From: Macrostomum lignano
Lineage: Eukaryota
DNA: 64,000 bases
Assembly: GCA_002269645.1 (NCBI GenBank)
Contig: NIVC01003126.1
Coordinates: forward strand, 1-64,000
Direction of reading: 5' to 3'
The notes below the pieces were generated by a model. That model was not told the origin of the DNA and ran no database searches. It saw only the letters and a list, made by a program, of their open reading frames with translations. The position numbers were made by a program, and so were the translations under genes. Positions 53,101 through 62,684 of the stretch are shown here, piece by piece (the first letter of the stretch is position 1; each line of letters starts with the position of its first letter).

Positions 53101-56100
53101 TGCCACCAGCACTAGTGCCGTAGGCATCATGATTTGATGTTTTGCCGTGACTCTCCTGTGTGGATCAAATATCATTGCTTCATCTGCCGCGCTGGTCGTT
53201 TTCGCTCTGACCCAGCATGCGCTTTCAGGCTGGATGATGACATCTTGCTGCAGAGTTACTTTTGGTAGTACTCGAATCTGGTTAATCAGTGGTTGCTCCA
53301 CCGTGTCGATCCTAAACGTTTGCTTGTTGAAGTCGAAGGTCAATGGTAGTCGAAGCTGTTTGAACGTGTCTATTCCAACGATGACGTCTTGGTTTGGTAG
53401 TCTGTCGATGATGTACGTCGGGACCGTCAGCTGTTTATTTGCAATTTTCAAGTCGATATCTGCTTTTCCTAGGATGTTGAGTGAATGTCCTCCTGCTCCT
53501 GCAACTGCGATTGCTGCTGGTCGTACCGCGAGTCGTAGCTTGTTGCATAATTGTTGCGAGATGACTGTGATCGAGCTGCCTGAATCCAGTAGTGCTCGAC
53601 ATGGCAAGTTGTTGACAATGACCTGAGCCATTGCTTTGCCAATCTCGGCGTGTAGCGTGCAGACGTAGTTTTCCGGCCATTTTGGCTCGTGTTGTTCGGG
53701 CTGATAAATAGGTGGCTGCATTCTCGGTGCTGTTGGTGTTGTCGGAATCGATGGATACATTCGCGTTGATAGTGTTGGCTGTCCTTGAGTTTCACGCTGT
53801 GCGTCTTCTGTCAATTCCAAGTTTTTGTCTTCATCCCTTGTCGTCTTTTGCATGATAGCGTTCACTGTTCGTTTCGCTGTAGGGCAAGTGTTGCTGAAGC
53901 ATCGTACTATCGATGAGATGATAAAAATTGCTGTGACTATCCAAACAACGCAGGCGCTGTAGAAGATGAAGCCTTGATATAGGCTGCCTCTTCCGTTAAG
54001 CAGCTCCAAGAAGCTGTTTGTCCAAAACGATTGGATGGCGTTGTCCATTGACACAAGGACCGGGAAATTGCGTGTTCCCGTTCCTTTATTCTTTCGTGTG
54101 AAGAGTTGACGAATCATTTTTCGTTGAGTGATAAACGCTTGCAAGAAGTCGTTGATGGTCCATCCTGGTGTTATTTCATCGAGTTGGATATCGGCGAATG
54201 GTGTGTACTTCGTTCTGTTGAATCGTATCTTCAGATCGTCCATATCGTACGTTTCATCGACAATCACCTCTGGTTCTGTGATGTTCGCTGTCGTTCCTGT
54301 CGTTTTAATGACATGTAGTGCATCGTCCAGTTGATAGTAGTTTGCTGCAGTGGTGCAAGGTCTTGGTATTGCGGTGCCAACGATGATGTTGTGTACCGTG
54401 TCCAAGAATCCTTGGATCCTTTTGCCTTCGTAGAATGCTTCAATTCTCGGCTTGTCGTAGCAAGTTGTTAAAGTGTTCGACGGTAAGATGTTGAAGTGCT
54501 GTATCGGCGTACACTTGTATATCAGGAGATGTCCATATATCGGAATTGCCAGAACCTCTCTCATTCCAGTGATCTTGCGAAATGTCATCGTAGGGTTGAC
54601 ATAGTAGTTTTGTCTTGCGTAGTTCAAGTTGATTGCGTGCATCTTGCAAGTTAACTGAACCAGTGATCGATGTAGGTGATTTAGCTGGTTATGCAGATTG
54701 TGATCTAAAGCCGTGATCTTTGCTGACAGTAGTCGGTTCGACACCAATCGTGGACGTTCTATGTCGCGTCGTTGCCTTTCTTGTTGCTGATATGTTCCGT
54801 TTATGATTGCCAGGAAGGTTTGTTTGTCACTATCCTTTACATAGACTGGTATTTCTTGCTCCGAGATGAACAGCGTCTTGTCCGTATTCTTGCATTTGAG
54901 TTCTTGTTCGATCGGCGTCTTTTGAAACGTCAAGGCCAAGTCTCCTGCTTTTGCCAAAAACGTATTCGACAATAGTCCTCCTTCCACTGTGTGATACTTT
55001 TGAAGCTTGCAGTCAATTTCCGGTTCTACTTCCCATGCGAAGAAATATTGTCGTGACTTGTACGGTTCCTCATAGTGTGAGTGTGCTCTGTGCTCAATCT
55101 GCCATCGATAGTTTTGATGATATGTTGGACTCAGTGGTAGACTGTGTAATTCTTCCTTTCGTAGAATTGGTGTTGGACACCATCCTTCACTGTATCGACA
55201 TTCGCTTAGTTGCAGCTGTAACGATTCCATTTTCTCGTACGGATTGTAGTAGAATGGAATATTTCTGATCAAGTAGCTGTTACGTGCCATATATTCTTTC
55301 CATTTTCCGAAGAAGTGAATATATCGACCGTTGGCTGAATTCTTTGTTCTGAACAGCTGTGCGTTACCGACCTTCTCATCTGGTTCCAATTCACCATCCT
55401 TTGAAAATAGTGTTTGGTTCCATTGTAGGCATTCCGCGTGTGACACATGTAGCTCATGTTGTTTAAATCGGATCCGGTTCCATTGTCCGCGCCAAACTTT
55501 TTCCACCAGGTGCTTGTCTCTAAAGCACACTATTCCAAGTTGTCGATGCTTCTTGATGTTAGCCTTGTAGAGATCGAGTGTAATCTTCTTTGGCTTCGTC
55601 TGGTTTGTCTTGAAGTAGCTGCATTTGATGTCGGTTGGTATCTTGTAGATCATCGGTTGGATATGCGCATCCGTTGGACAGATCATTGGTTTTTCTGTTG
55701 CCGTTGCTTTGGCGACTACTGCTATCAGTAGTATCACGATGATCCAGAGCAGCCAGTTTTTCCACTTCTTGGACCTTGCCGTTGTCTTTGCTGGCATTGG
55801 CTGCGATTGCCATTCGTTATCCTCCATGTCCGCATCGTATTCTTTCGGTTGTTCCATTGGCTGTTTCAGGCGGAAGGCTTCTGATTTGCTTTGCTCTTTG
55901 GCTAGTTCAGTATCTTCGTCTGCAGCTTCTTCCGATGTTTCCGTTGTTTCACTCCATTGCGTTTGGTATCTTTTCTCTGCCTTGTAGTCGACCGTTTGAA
56001 TATAGGCTTCACCATTTCGTTTGTATCGGATCTCGTAGCATTCGTCGCTGTCGGAACTCGGCTTTTCTTTTATCTGTTCTTTTTCCATTTCTTCATCTTT

Positions 56101-57609
56101 CCATTGTATTTCGTAGCCTTGATCGCTGTCGGAGCTTAGATTTTCCGCTCTCAGTTCTTCCTGCATTCCTTCTTCGGCTCGGTATCCGTTCGTGTCATCA
56201 TGCACCTCGCAGTCGTGATCGTTGCCGTAACTTATACATTCTTCTTCTTCCCTCATTTCTTTGTCTTTCGTGCTTGTTTTGTTGTCATCCACTGTTGTCG
56301 ATTCATAGTTGTTTTGTCTGCCAGTCTTCATCTTTTCTTCGTTGCCGGTGTCGCTCTCCGCCTCCTCCCTTTTCTGTTGATTTACTTTCTTCCTGTTTTC
56401 TCTGCTGTCTCCGGTGGTCTCTTTTAATTCGATCATTTCGGTTTCATTCGCCTCTTCTGTGTTGTCAGTGTTGTCCTCGTGCGTCGTCTTCTTTTCGATC
56501 AAGCTGATGTCAACTTCCGGGACTGTGAAGTCCATTTCCAAGTCGTCAATTGTGAACACTTGCTGTTCTTGCTGTTCATTTTCCGGTGTGTACGTGATGG
56601 CATTCGCGTATCGTGGCATTGCTTGCGTCGGCTGTCTTTGTGTGTACCTGGCGTTGCGTGGCCTGTAGCCATTATTTCTGAAGCGACCGTCGTTTCCGAA
56701 GCGGCCATTATTTCCAGAGCGGTCATTATTTCCGAAGCGTCTATCATTTCCGAAGCGTCTTATGCCTTGTTGTTGGCGATTTTGATATTGCTGCCATGGT
56801 TTCTGCGGCTTTTGATTGTTGAATATCTGTCGCGGCTTGTCGTACCTTGTTGACCAATGAGGACAATTAATCTGATAATGTCCTTCTTGTCCGCAGTAGT
56901 AACATCTGGCTGAGGCTTGTTCATTTCTTCTTTTTTGTTCGGCGATAGCAGCTGTCTGGTGCTGCATTAATTTGTTTAATTGCTGCGTCAGTTTCTGCAC
57001 TTCATTGTTGCCTGTCGTCATTAATGGGGCACTGGCTTCCCATTGCATTCCGCACCGCAAAAGGTCTTCTTCGGTTTCGATGTTTTCACGCAAAAGTCTA
57101 TCCCGAAGTGACGGCTGTGCGTTGTTTATTACGTGCAAGATTAGGTTTTGTTCGCGATCCATCAATCTCTGTCTCTCTCTGGCGGCCAATTCTGCCGCTC
57201 CCAGTGGCGGTTGATCTGCAGCTTGCAGCGGTGGCTGATGTAGTGCCTTAATTATCTGGCGGATATCGTCCACAAAGGCGAGGAAGGATTCTGTTGCCTG
57301 CATCCTTCTGTTATGTAATTTGTGCAGCAGCACTGATCTGTTTGTGCCGCAACGGTTGAAATGCGCGCGCAGTTGAATGATTAGTGCTGGATAATTTTGC
57401 TGTGTTGCCGCATCCAGCTTGCCGTAAATTTCTCGCGCAGTACCTTGGAGAAGAGGTGGCAGCAGCTGTGCCTTCTCTGGATTTTGTAGGTTGTACTCCC
57501 TACATACCAGGTCAAAATGGTCGACAAATGTGTTAAAATCTTTCTCCATCGAGAAAGTACCGACCGTTTCTTTGATGTCTCTGTGTACCGTTGGATTGCG
57601 CCGCGCCAT
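50122..57609 (-). CDS. 2495-aa Gag-Env-like-Pol polyprotein (CA, CCHC knuckle, gB-like glycoprotein, protease, RT, RNase H, integrase)
   Basis: CYYCGQEGHYQINC; hydrophobic signal/anchor at about aa 619-637; furin site RQRR at aa 945-948; TM at about aa 1214-1236; LLDSGS at aa 1342; YVDD at aa 1759; IETDASGTGLGAVL (RH); HDNPLAGH...CNNC, SIDITG, SDNGSQF, VERFH and the GPY motif (IN). No stops or frameshifts. Confidence 0.97.
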   Translation of the reverse strand: MARRNPTVHRDIKETVGTFSMEKDFNTFVDHFDLVCREYNLQNPEKAQLLPPLLQGTAREIYGKLDAATQQNYPALIIQLRAHFNRCGTNRSVLLHKLHNRRMQATESFLAFVDDIRQIIKALHQPPLQAADQPPLGAAELAARERQRLMDREQNLILHVINNAQPSLRDRLLRENIETEEDLLRCGMQWEASAPLMTTGNNEVQKLTQQLNKLMQHQTAAIAEQKRRNEQASARCYYCGQEGHYQINCPHWSTRYDKPRQIFNNQKPQKPWQQYQNRQQQGIRRFGNDRRFGNNDRSGNNGRFGNDGRFRNNGYRPRNARYTQRQPTQAMPRYANAITYTPENEQQEQQVFTIDDLEMDFTVPEVDISLIEKKTTHEDNTDNTEEANETEMIELKETTGDSRENRKKVNQQKREEAESDTGNEEKMKTGRQNNYESTTVDDNKTSTKDKEMREEEECISYGNDHDCEVHDDTNGYRAEEGMQEELRAENLSSDSDQGYEIQWKDEEMEKEQIKEKPSSDSDECYEIRYKRNGEAYIQTVDYKAEKRYQTQWSETTETSEEAADEDTELAKEQSKSEAFRLKQPMEQPKEYDADMEDNEWQSQPMPAKTTARSKKWKNWLLWIIVILLIAVVAKATATEKPMICPTDAHIQPMIYKIPTDIKCSYFKTNQTKPKKITLDLYKANIKKHRQLGIVCFRDKHLVEKVWRGQWNRIRFKQHELHVSHAECLQWNQTLFSKDGELEPDEKVGNAQLFRTKNSANGRYIHFFGKWKEYMARNSYLIRNIPFYYNPYEKMESLQLQLSECRYSEGWCPTPILRKEELHSLPLSPTYHQNYRWQIEHRAHSHYEEPYKSRQYFFAWEVEPEIDCKLQKYHTVEGGLLSNTFLAKAGDLALTFQKTPIEQELKCKNTDKTLFISEQEIPVYVKDSDKQTFLAIINGTYQQQERQRRDIERPRLVSNRLLSAKITALDHNLHNQLNHLHRSLVQLTCKMHAINLNYARQNYYVNPTMTFRKITGMREVLAIPIYGHLLIYKCTPIQHFNILPSNTLTTCYDKPRIEAFYEGKRIQGFLDTVHNIIVGTAIPRPCTTAANYYQLDDALHVIKTTGTTANITEPEVIVDETYDMDDLKIRFNRTKYTPFADIQLDEITPGWTINDFLQAFITQRKMIRQLFTRKNKGTGTRNFPVLVSMDNAIQSFWTNSFLELLNGRGSLYQGFIFYSACVVWIVTAIFIISSIVRCFSNTCPTAKRTVNAIMQKTTRDEDKNLELTEDAQRETQGQPTLSTRMYPSIPTTPTAPRMQPPIYQPEQHEPKWPENYVCTLHAEIGKAMAQVIVNNLPCRALLDSGSSITVISQQLCNKLRLAVRPAAIAVAGAGGHSLNILGKADIDLKIANKQLTVPTYIIDRLPNQDVIVGIDTFKQLRLPLTFDFNKQTFRIDTVEQPLINQIRVLPKVTLQQDVIIQPESACWVRAKTTSAADEAMIFDPHRRVTAKHQIMMPTALVLVAKDTQLPVQIFNPNAEMVHLRQGMCIGHLNTQASVMLIEHATPRLTEEEFQKKINLDDSPITEQQKKKVRQLLWKYNEAFCHHDYDIGRAKDIKQEIKLLPHTEPIQCKPYPIAKHLQQHFDEIIDKMLKHGIISKAISAYSSPCLLVQKKETNERRLVCDFRLLNKYIPTDQQSLPKISELLAKLNTAKLFTVFDLRHGFWQIEIEKESRQYTAFKTYNGQVYEYNRSPMGLSNSPATMSRLTAYMLAGCTNLLHYVDDILAYGEDFQRLYEATEKALALIQRQGLKLQPTKCKFFRDNVRYLGHQVTAKGISPDPDNVEKVKKFPTPTSITKVQSFLGLAQYFRKFLPNFAKTAKPLYDLLKFDKWKQENWTQKQQESFDEIKRQLTSDALLQHPDFDKPFIIETDASGTGLGAVLLQETEDKKERPIAYVSRALKPNETKWSATERELLGVLFALRQFHYYIYGSPLQTIVRTDHAPLTYVVTTKGQTNNRLIRMTLKIQDYNYKLVYKPGITNKAADALSRTYEVNAIHPIPNIKELMDETENDYFYQAIKNNDKDIKLSPVERKFLRKQRQHLTINKSRLYWMSDNKPKIYMPYSFRQAILNELHDNPLAGHLSAAKTIARVEQYYFWPSMYGDIKQYCNNCHSCAASKTGRRQKPQLQSIPKSTTMDCLSIDITGPLPPSCLQGIAYTYILTALDIFSKFAIAIPIPDITAQTVAMCFFNDIICKYGSPKNLTSDNGSQFVSQLFQQVVKILNITQIYTSTYNPKANMVERFHRNLHEMITHFAHQQPEDWIIYLQSVTMAYNSAIHRSTDNTPFFLMFGRDFQPPNLLAQQLLPSQYVEVPTSIQKFVTQLHLAWKVAKHNIDNQVALTTGTDTRSTTLTAGDIVYLHYPPQQTHKHAQKYKGPYRVVQLTSPTTARLANVQDPHQHQFYVHIHRLKKINTDMTTFLPSLDNADRTRSANRHIATKHEETQTSTEKQQHGYNLRPR

Positions 57610-59045
57610 GTTGTTGATAGGATAGAACGGTAGTTCAAGATCTGGATCGATTTGTAACGGATCGTCCAGTGTGGTGTTTGCCTCGGAATAAACCTCAACT
57701 GTAACGAATTGCCTTGTAGTGTCGATCTGTTATTCGCTGGCCTCGAAGTTGCGGCTTGCTGCCACTGGTTGTCCTCAAATGAACTTGTTCTGTTCGCTTG
57801 CCGTTTTCGCACTTATGCGGCGTCCCGCAAAGTGTATCCTGAAGTGGACTTTGTCTTCTTGCTTTGCAAAGACTTTTTTCTCTTCCCTGACTTTCTCTCT
57901 TTTGTCAATTAACTCCGCTCTCCACGAAGTGTCAATTAATTTCGGTTTTGTTTTAGTTTTTGTGCCGGCAAAATGTTTCAGTTATTTTTTGTTTGTTTGC
58001 GTCGACGATTCTTTGATTTTCGGTTTGTTTTCAGTGTACCGACGAAGTTAATTTCGGTTTTGTTTTAGTGTGTATTGATTAATAATTTTTTTGTTTATTT
58101 TCAGTGTACCGGACGTTGTTTTTCGGTTTTGTTTTAGGTTTACGCTTGCTCGAGCTCGTTAAAAACTAAAATTTAACACGCGTGCTCAAACGTTACTCAA
58201 AATTGACAGGTACTCAAGCCTGTATACCTAAGCTTTTACTCGAGTTTCAAATCGTACAAAAATCGAAAAGTGTCGAAAAGTGTTACCTCTAACACGTGCG
58301 CGCAAAATTAATGAAGTCGCTCTTTCGTCACTTTACAATAGCTTGGCCAGGCTATTGCTCAAAAGTTTGAGTAGTGCCGAGAGGGCGAGATCACCAATTG
58401 ATGTGTTCCTTATTACCAGTCCTCAACTGTAATCAAGGAACAATCACTTCTAGCTCTGTAGCTAGGCAACCCAGTAATCAAATGAAGGTATTCAATTACC
58501 TTTAATCAGGATTCTTAGATTTCGTTCTTGAGTCGTTCTCAACTGTAGATCTCTCAGTAGATCTTGTAGACTTCTAGACGTCTTCAGGTGTCGATCGGGT
58601 CCGAGTTTCCTTCTTCTTTCCTTTAGAAGTATTTCCGGCCGGAATCTGTCGTTCGGACCAATGGGAAGCTTCCAAATTAACAATGGGGATCCCTGCGCCA
58701 AACTGCGGTTTAATATAAGCCTACTCCTTCTAGTAGTGCCTCTATGCACTCTAGGTATGGCTCCGGAAACCACTGATAGTCTTCTAAGATCTATCAGGGG
58801 CAGTCCTTCTGGAGACTGCAACCAGTAGAGTCTAAACAGACTCAGGAGTCTCAACAGACTCACTATAAACTCAAGTCACTCTTGGACTTGAGCGAGACGT
58901 CTCAACCAACAGGCGCAAATGAGTAAGGCTTACCGCAAGAACTCGACCACGTCTTCGAGTTGCTTCAGGAAGTCTGCTGCAGATCTTCCTCTTCGGAGCT
59001 TTCTCTCTCGGAGATTGTGGCTCCGGGTCCGTTCCGGACCACTTG

Positions 59046-59053
59046 TATTTATA
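59046..59053 (-). promoter_or_regulatory. TATA box in the 5' LTR, with several upstream CCAAT boxes
   Basis: Minus strand ccTATAAATAcaag; at least four ATTGG on the + strand between 59155 and 59345. Same TATA at 49156-49163 and 4956-4963. Confidence 0.65.
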
Positions 59054-59837
59054 GGCAAATGGACCCCCATGAGGTCACGTGGGTCCAACTCTTCAGCTGT
59101 CAAAAAGGTCACGGTTTGGCTGCTGTCAAACTTGGCAGGGTAGAAAGTTACTCCATTGGTTCAGTGTAAAAGCGCGTGATTGGTCATCGCATTCGAGTTA
59201 TTTTTAGTTACATTTGATTGGTTCACGTGCGTACGGTTGAATGATGCATCTCTCCTGGGGTTTGCGTTCGACACGTACAGGTTACACGTGATTGGGTGAT
59301 TTCTAAATTTAGCATGCTCAAGGTCTCTCTTTTTCTATTGGTTAGTCAGCATATACTTATAATTCAAAGCATACCTTTATTCATGCTCTTCAACTTACTA
59401 CTAAATAAAATGTGTGAGTAGTACGTTAACACTTTTATGTCTTTTTTACGAAAGGTAGAACACTCTACACTCTCCTCTCGTCTCCTCTCCTCTCCTCTCC
59501 TCTCGTCTCCTCTCCTCTCCTTTCCTTTCCTCTCCTCTCCTCTCCTCTCCTCTCCTCTCGTCTCCTCTCCTCTCCTCTCGTCTCCTCTCCTCTCCTCTCC
59601 TCTCCTCTCGTCTCCTCTCCTCTCGTCTCCTCTCCTCTCCTCTCCTCTCCTCTCCTCTCCTCTCCTCTCGTCTCCTCTCCTCTCGTCTCCTCTCCTCTCC
59701 TCTCCTCTCGTCTCCTCTCCTCTCCTCTCCTCTCGTCTCCTCTCCTCTCCTTTCCTCTCCTCTCCTCTCCTCTCCTCTCCTCTCCTCTCGTCTCCTCTCC
59801 TCTCCTTTCCTCTCCTCTCCTCTCCTCTCCTCTCCTC

Positions 59838-60845
59838 TCCTCTCCTCTCGTCTCCTCTTACTTGACTTAACTGCAGGGCAGTCCGAAGACGCAGCGGGGA
59901 GGCGAGAATCGCCCATTCCGCTAAACCCTGGTGACCCGCTTCGGCAATGGTGCAGGGCCATGCAGTCAGGGCGGTCCGCCAGTACGTCCTGCAGCGTTTT
60001 CTTCATTAGGGAGAAAGAGGCTCGTCTAGTTGCCCGAAGGAACCGGACGAGCCGTGAGATGTTCTCGGGTCTACAAACGTCATCGATGGATGGGTTTGGA
60101 CCGAGGTGGTTTAGCCGCTCCCTGGTGAAGAACGGGCATTGACAGACGAAATGTTGAGCATCTTCGTTGTCGTACAGTACTCGCAAGAGGGGCACAGTTC
60201 ATTCCGGATGTCGCCCCGGAGGAAGCAGTGCCTAGCGAAGCAGCCATGACCCGTGAAGGTCATAGCAAGAGCCCGGATGTCCTTCCTGCTTTGGTTCAGG
60301 AGGACAGTTCGAAGCTTTCGAGATGGACGAGGGACCGCCGCACGTGATTGGCGGCAGGTGGTGAGGTTCATCCATCTGTCCCTGTGCAGGGCGGAGGCCC
60401 AGGCAACAATGCTGCGATTGATGGTGGCCGCAGGGATTGGAGCCAAGGGCAGGGGTCCCTGGAGGGAGCCGCCACTTCCTTGTTTTGCAAGCGAGTCGGC
60501 TAGCTCGTTTCCAGGGAAGCCCGCGTGACCTGGGATCCATTTGAGCTGGACAGCATTTTTGCGTCCCAGCGTATTGAGCATCCGGACGCAGTCGGAGACC
60601 GTCTGGGAGGCCGTAGTGGTGTGACAGACGGCTATATAGCAGAGCAGCCTGACTGTCGGGGTGAAAAACTATAGTTTTTCCGGAAGTTTTTTGCTGCATA
60701 CCTCTGCAGTGTGCAGGAGCTAATAGCAACTGGACTTCGTTCTGGAAGACAGTATAGAGAGTCTTCCAGTGTGCTGGGCATGCGTGGCGAGCACGCGGCC
60801 ATTGGTGAGAAAGCAGACCCCAAAGCCGGGGAGGCCGTCTTTTCT
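59838..60845 (-). mobile_element. 5'-truncated, frameshifted non-LTR retrotransposon (RNase H + CCHC; R1/LOA/I-group-like)
   Basis: DSQAALL...VQLKWIPGHAGFPGNELADSLAKQG (RNase H), then FTGHGCF..H..CPSC..EDAQHFVCQCP. A 5-nt insertion near 60175 shifts the frame; GC-rich 3' UTR. Confidence 0.88.
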
Positions 60846-61620
60846 CGTCTCCTCCCGTCTCGTCTCGTCTCGTCTCGTTTCCTCTCGTCTCGTCTCGTCT
60901 CGTCTCGTCTCGTCTCGTTTCCTCTCGTCTCGTCTCGTCTCGTCTCGTCTCGTCTCGTCTCGTCTCGTCTCGTCTCGTCTCCTCTCGTCTCGTCTCGTCT
61001 CCTCACCTCTCGTCTCGTCTCGTCTCGTCTCGTCTCGTTTCCTCTCGTCTCGTCTCCTCTCCTCTCGTCTCCTCTCATTTCTTCTCGTCTCCTCTCGTTT
61101 CCTCTCGTCTCGTCTCCTCTCCTCTCGTCTCCTCTCATTTCTTCTCGTCTCCTCTCGTTTCCTCTCGTCTCGTCTCCTCTCCTCTCGTCTCCTCTCATTT
61201 CTTCTCGTCTCCTCTCGTTTCCTCTCGTCTCGTCTCCTCTCGTCTCGTCTCCTCTCATTTCCTCTCGTCTCGTCTCCTCTCGTCTCGTCTCCTCTCATTT
61301 CTTCTCGTCTCCTCTCGTTTCCTCTCGTCTCGTCTCCTCTCCTCTCGTCTCCTCTCATTTCTTCTCGTCTCCTCTCGTTTCCTCTCGTCTCGTCTCCTCT
61401 CGTCTCGTCTCGTCTCGTCTCGTCTCGTCTCCTCTCGTCTCGTCTCGTCTCGTCTCCTCTCGTCTCGTCTCGTCTCCTCTCGTCTCCTCTCGTCTCGTCT
61501 CGTCTCGTCTCGTTTCCTCTCGTCTCGTTTCCTCTCGTCTCGTCTCCTCTCCTCTCGTCTCCTCTCATTTCCTCTCGTCTCCTCTCCTCTCGTCTCCTCT
61601 CGTTTCCTCTCGTCTCGTCT
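60845..61620. repeat. (CTCGT/CTCCT)n microsatellite, right part
   Basis: Pentanucleotide-based array. Confidence 0.96.
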
Positions 61621-61984
61621 TGTCATGCGCTAGGTTCTCTGTATCTGGCCCTTGAGGTAAAATTTCGCCAACCCCTGTTTTAGAACATATGGGCCACCTC
61701 GTCTTGGGTGTTTATGTCCTGTCAAGTTGTTTAACAGGTCAACCTGCCCTGGGCCGATCTTAATTAATGATCACCTATAGCTACCATGGCATTTTAATAG
61801 TCAAATAGTTTAAGGAAAGCGATCCTTTTGCGAAACATTTGCGAAACAGCGAAACATTTTGCACGTTAAAAGTCTTTGTGTTTTCGTACCGATTCAAAAG
61901 CGGCGTTTTCAAGGAATCGGTCACGTTAGGTGAGTTGAGAATAAAGCAGAACTTTAAGTTTTCTATTCTTACTTCTACATTTAA

Positions 61985-62684
61985 GCAAGGACGACTTAAG
62001 TAGAAGGACGGGAAACCTCGTTTCTTAGAAAAGTTTTGAAGGCACTTTTTCCCGAAAAAATACACTACGGAGATAGGAAGTTTTCATTTTTTCAGCACAA
62101 AAATTGTTATTGCGTTTGATAGGAGGCAGATCCAGTGTTCATCTTTTGATATGTTGTGCCTTTTTTATTGCTCTATCGATATTTATAAAGCTTTTCGTTC
62201 AGAAAATTAGGATTCTATGTTAATTTTTTATTCTACGTATATTTTCGCGCGTCTTGTGCTTGAAATACATTAGAATGCCACGGCTCGGCTCTTTAGCTTC
62301 ATGAGTCTTTTTTATCATTCTTACCCGACTGTTTAGCAAATATTTGTAACAGAGATGATAAAATAGGTTCATAAAACCAAATATTGGAGCTGTGTCATGC
62401 ATTTTTGTGATTTTTAGATACAGGAAATATACGTAGAATAAAAAATTAACATAGAATCCTAATTTTCTGAACGAAAACTTTTATAAATATCGATAGAGCA
62501 ATAAAAAAGGCACAACATATCAAAAGATGAACACTGGTTCTGCCTCCTATCAAACGCAATAACAATTTTTGTGCTGAAAAAATGAAAACTTCCTATCTCC
62601 GTAGTGTATTTTTTCGGGAAAAAGTGCCTTCAAAACTTTTCTAAGAAACGAGGTTTCCCGTCCTTCTACTTAAGTCGTCCTTGC
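61985..62684. mobile_element. Foldback / long-TIR non-autonomous DNA element (260-bp arms, 180-bp spacer)
   Basis: 61985-62244 is the near-perfect reverse complement of 62425-62684; flanked by the direct hexamer ATTTAA. Confidence 0.85.

Larger units (their letters stand above)
48509..59469 (-). mobile_element. Full-length Ty3/Gypsy LTR retrotransposon with an envelope-like domain
   Basis: 1071-bp LTRs (48509-49579, 58399-59469) with TG...CA ends and only 2 differences seen by eye; 4-bp TSD CTCT; PBS-like TGGTGATCTCGCCC next to the 5' LTR (58383-58396); short purine tract gggaga before the 3' LTR; PR-RT-RH-IN order. Confidence 0.97.
47685..61677. mobile_element. Probable hAT (Charlie-like) non-autonomous element acting as the outer shell of a nested insertion
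   Basis: Left end caagggtcggcaaact...cggcccgagggtcacgtgcggcccgc; right end reverse complement caggggttggcgaaat...agggccagat; flanks ttttatga / ttttagaa (6/8 match as an 8-bp TSD). Confidence 0.55.

Noticed and set aside
58381-58398. Assigning the PBS to a specific tRNA
   Set aside because: TGGTGATCTCG implies a tRNA ending CGAGAUCACCA (Trp-like acceptor pattern), but this cannot be confirmed without the species' tRNA set.
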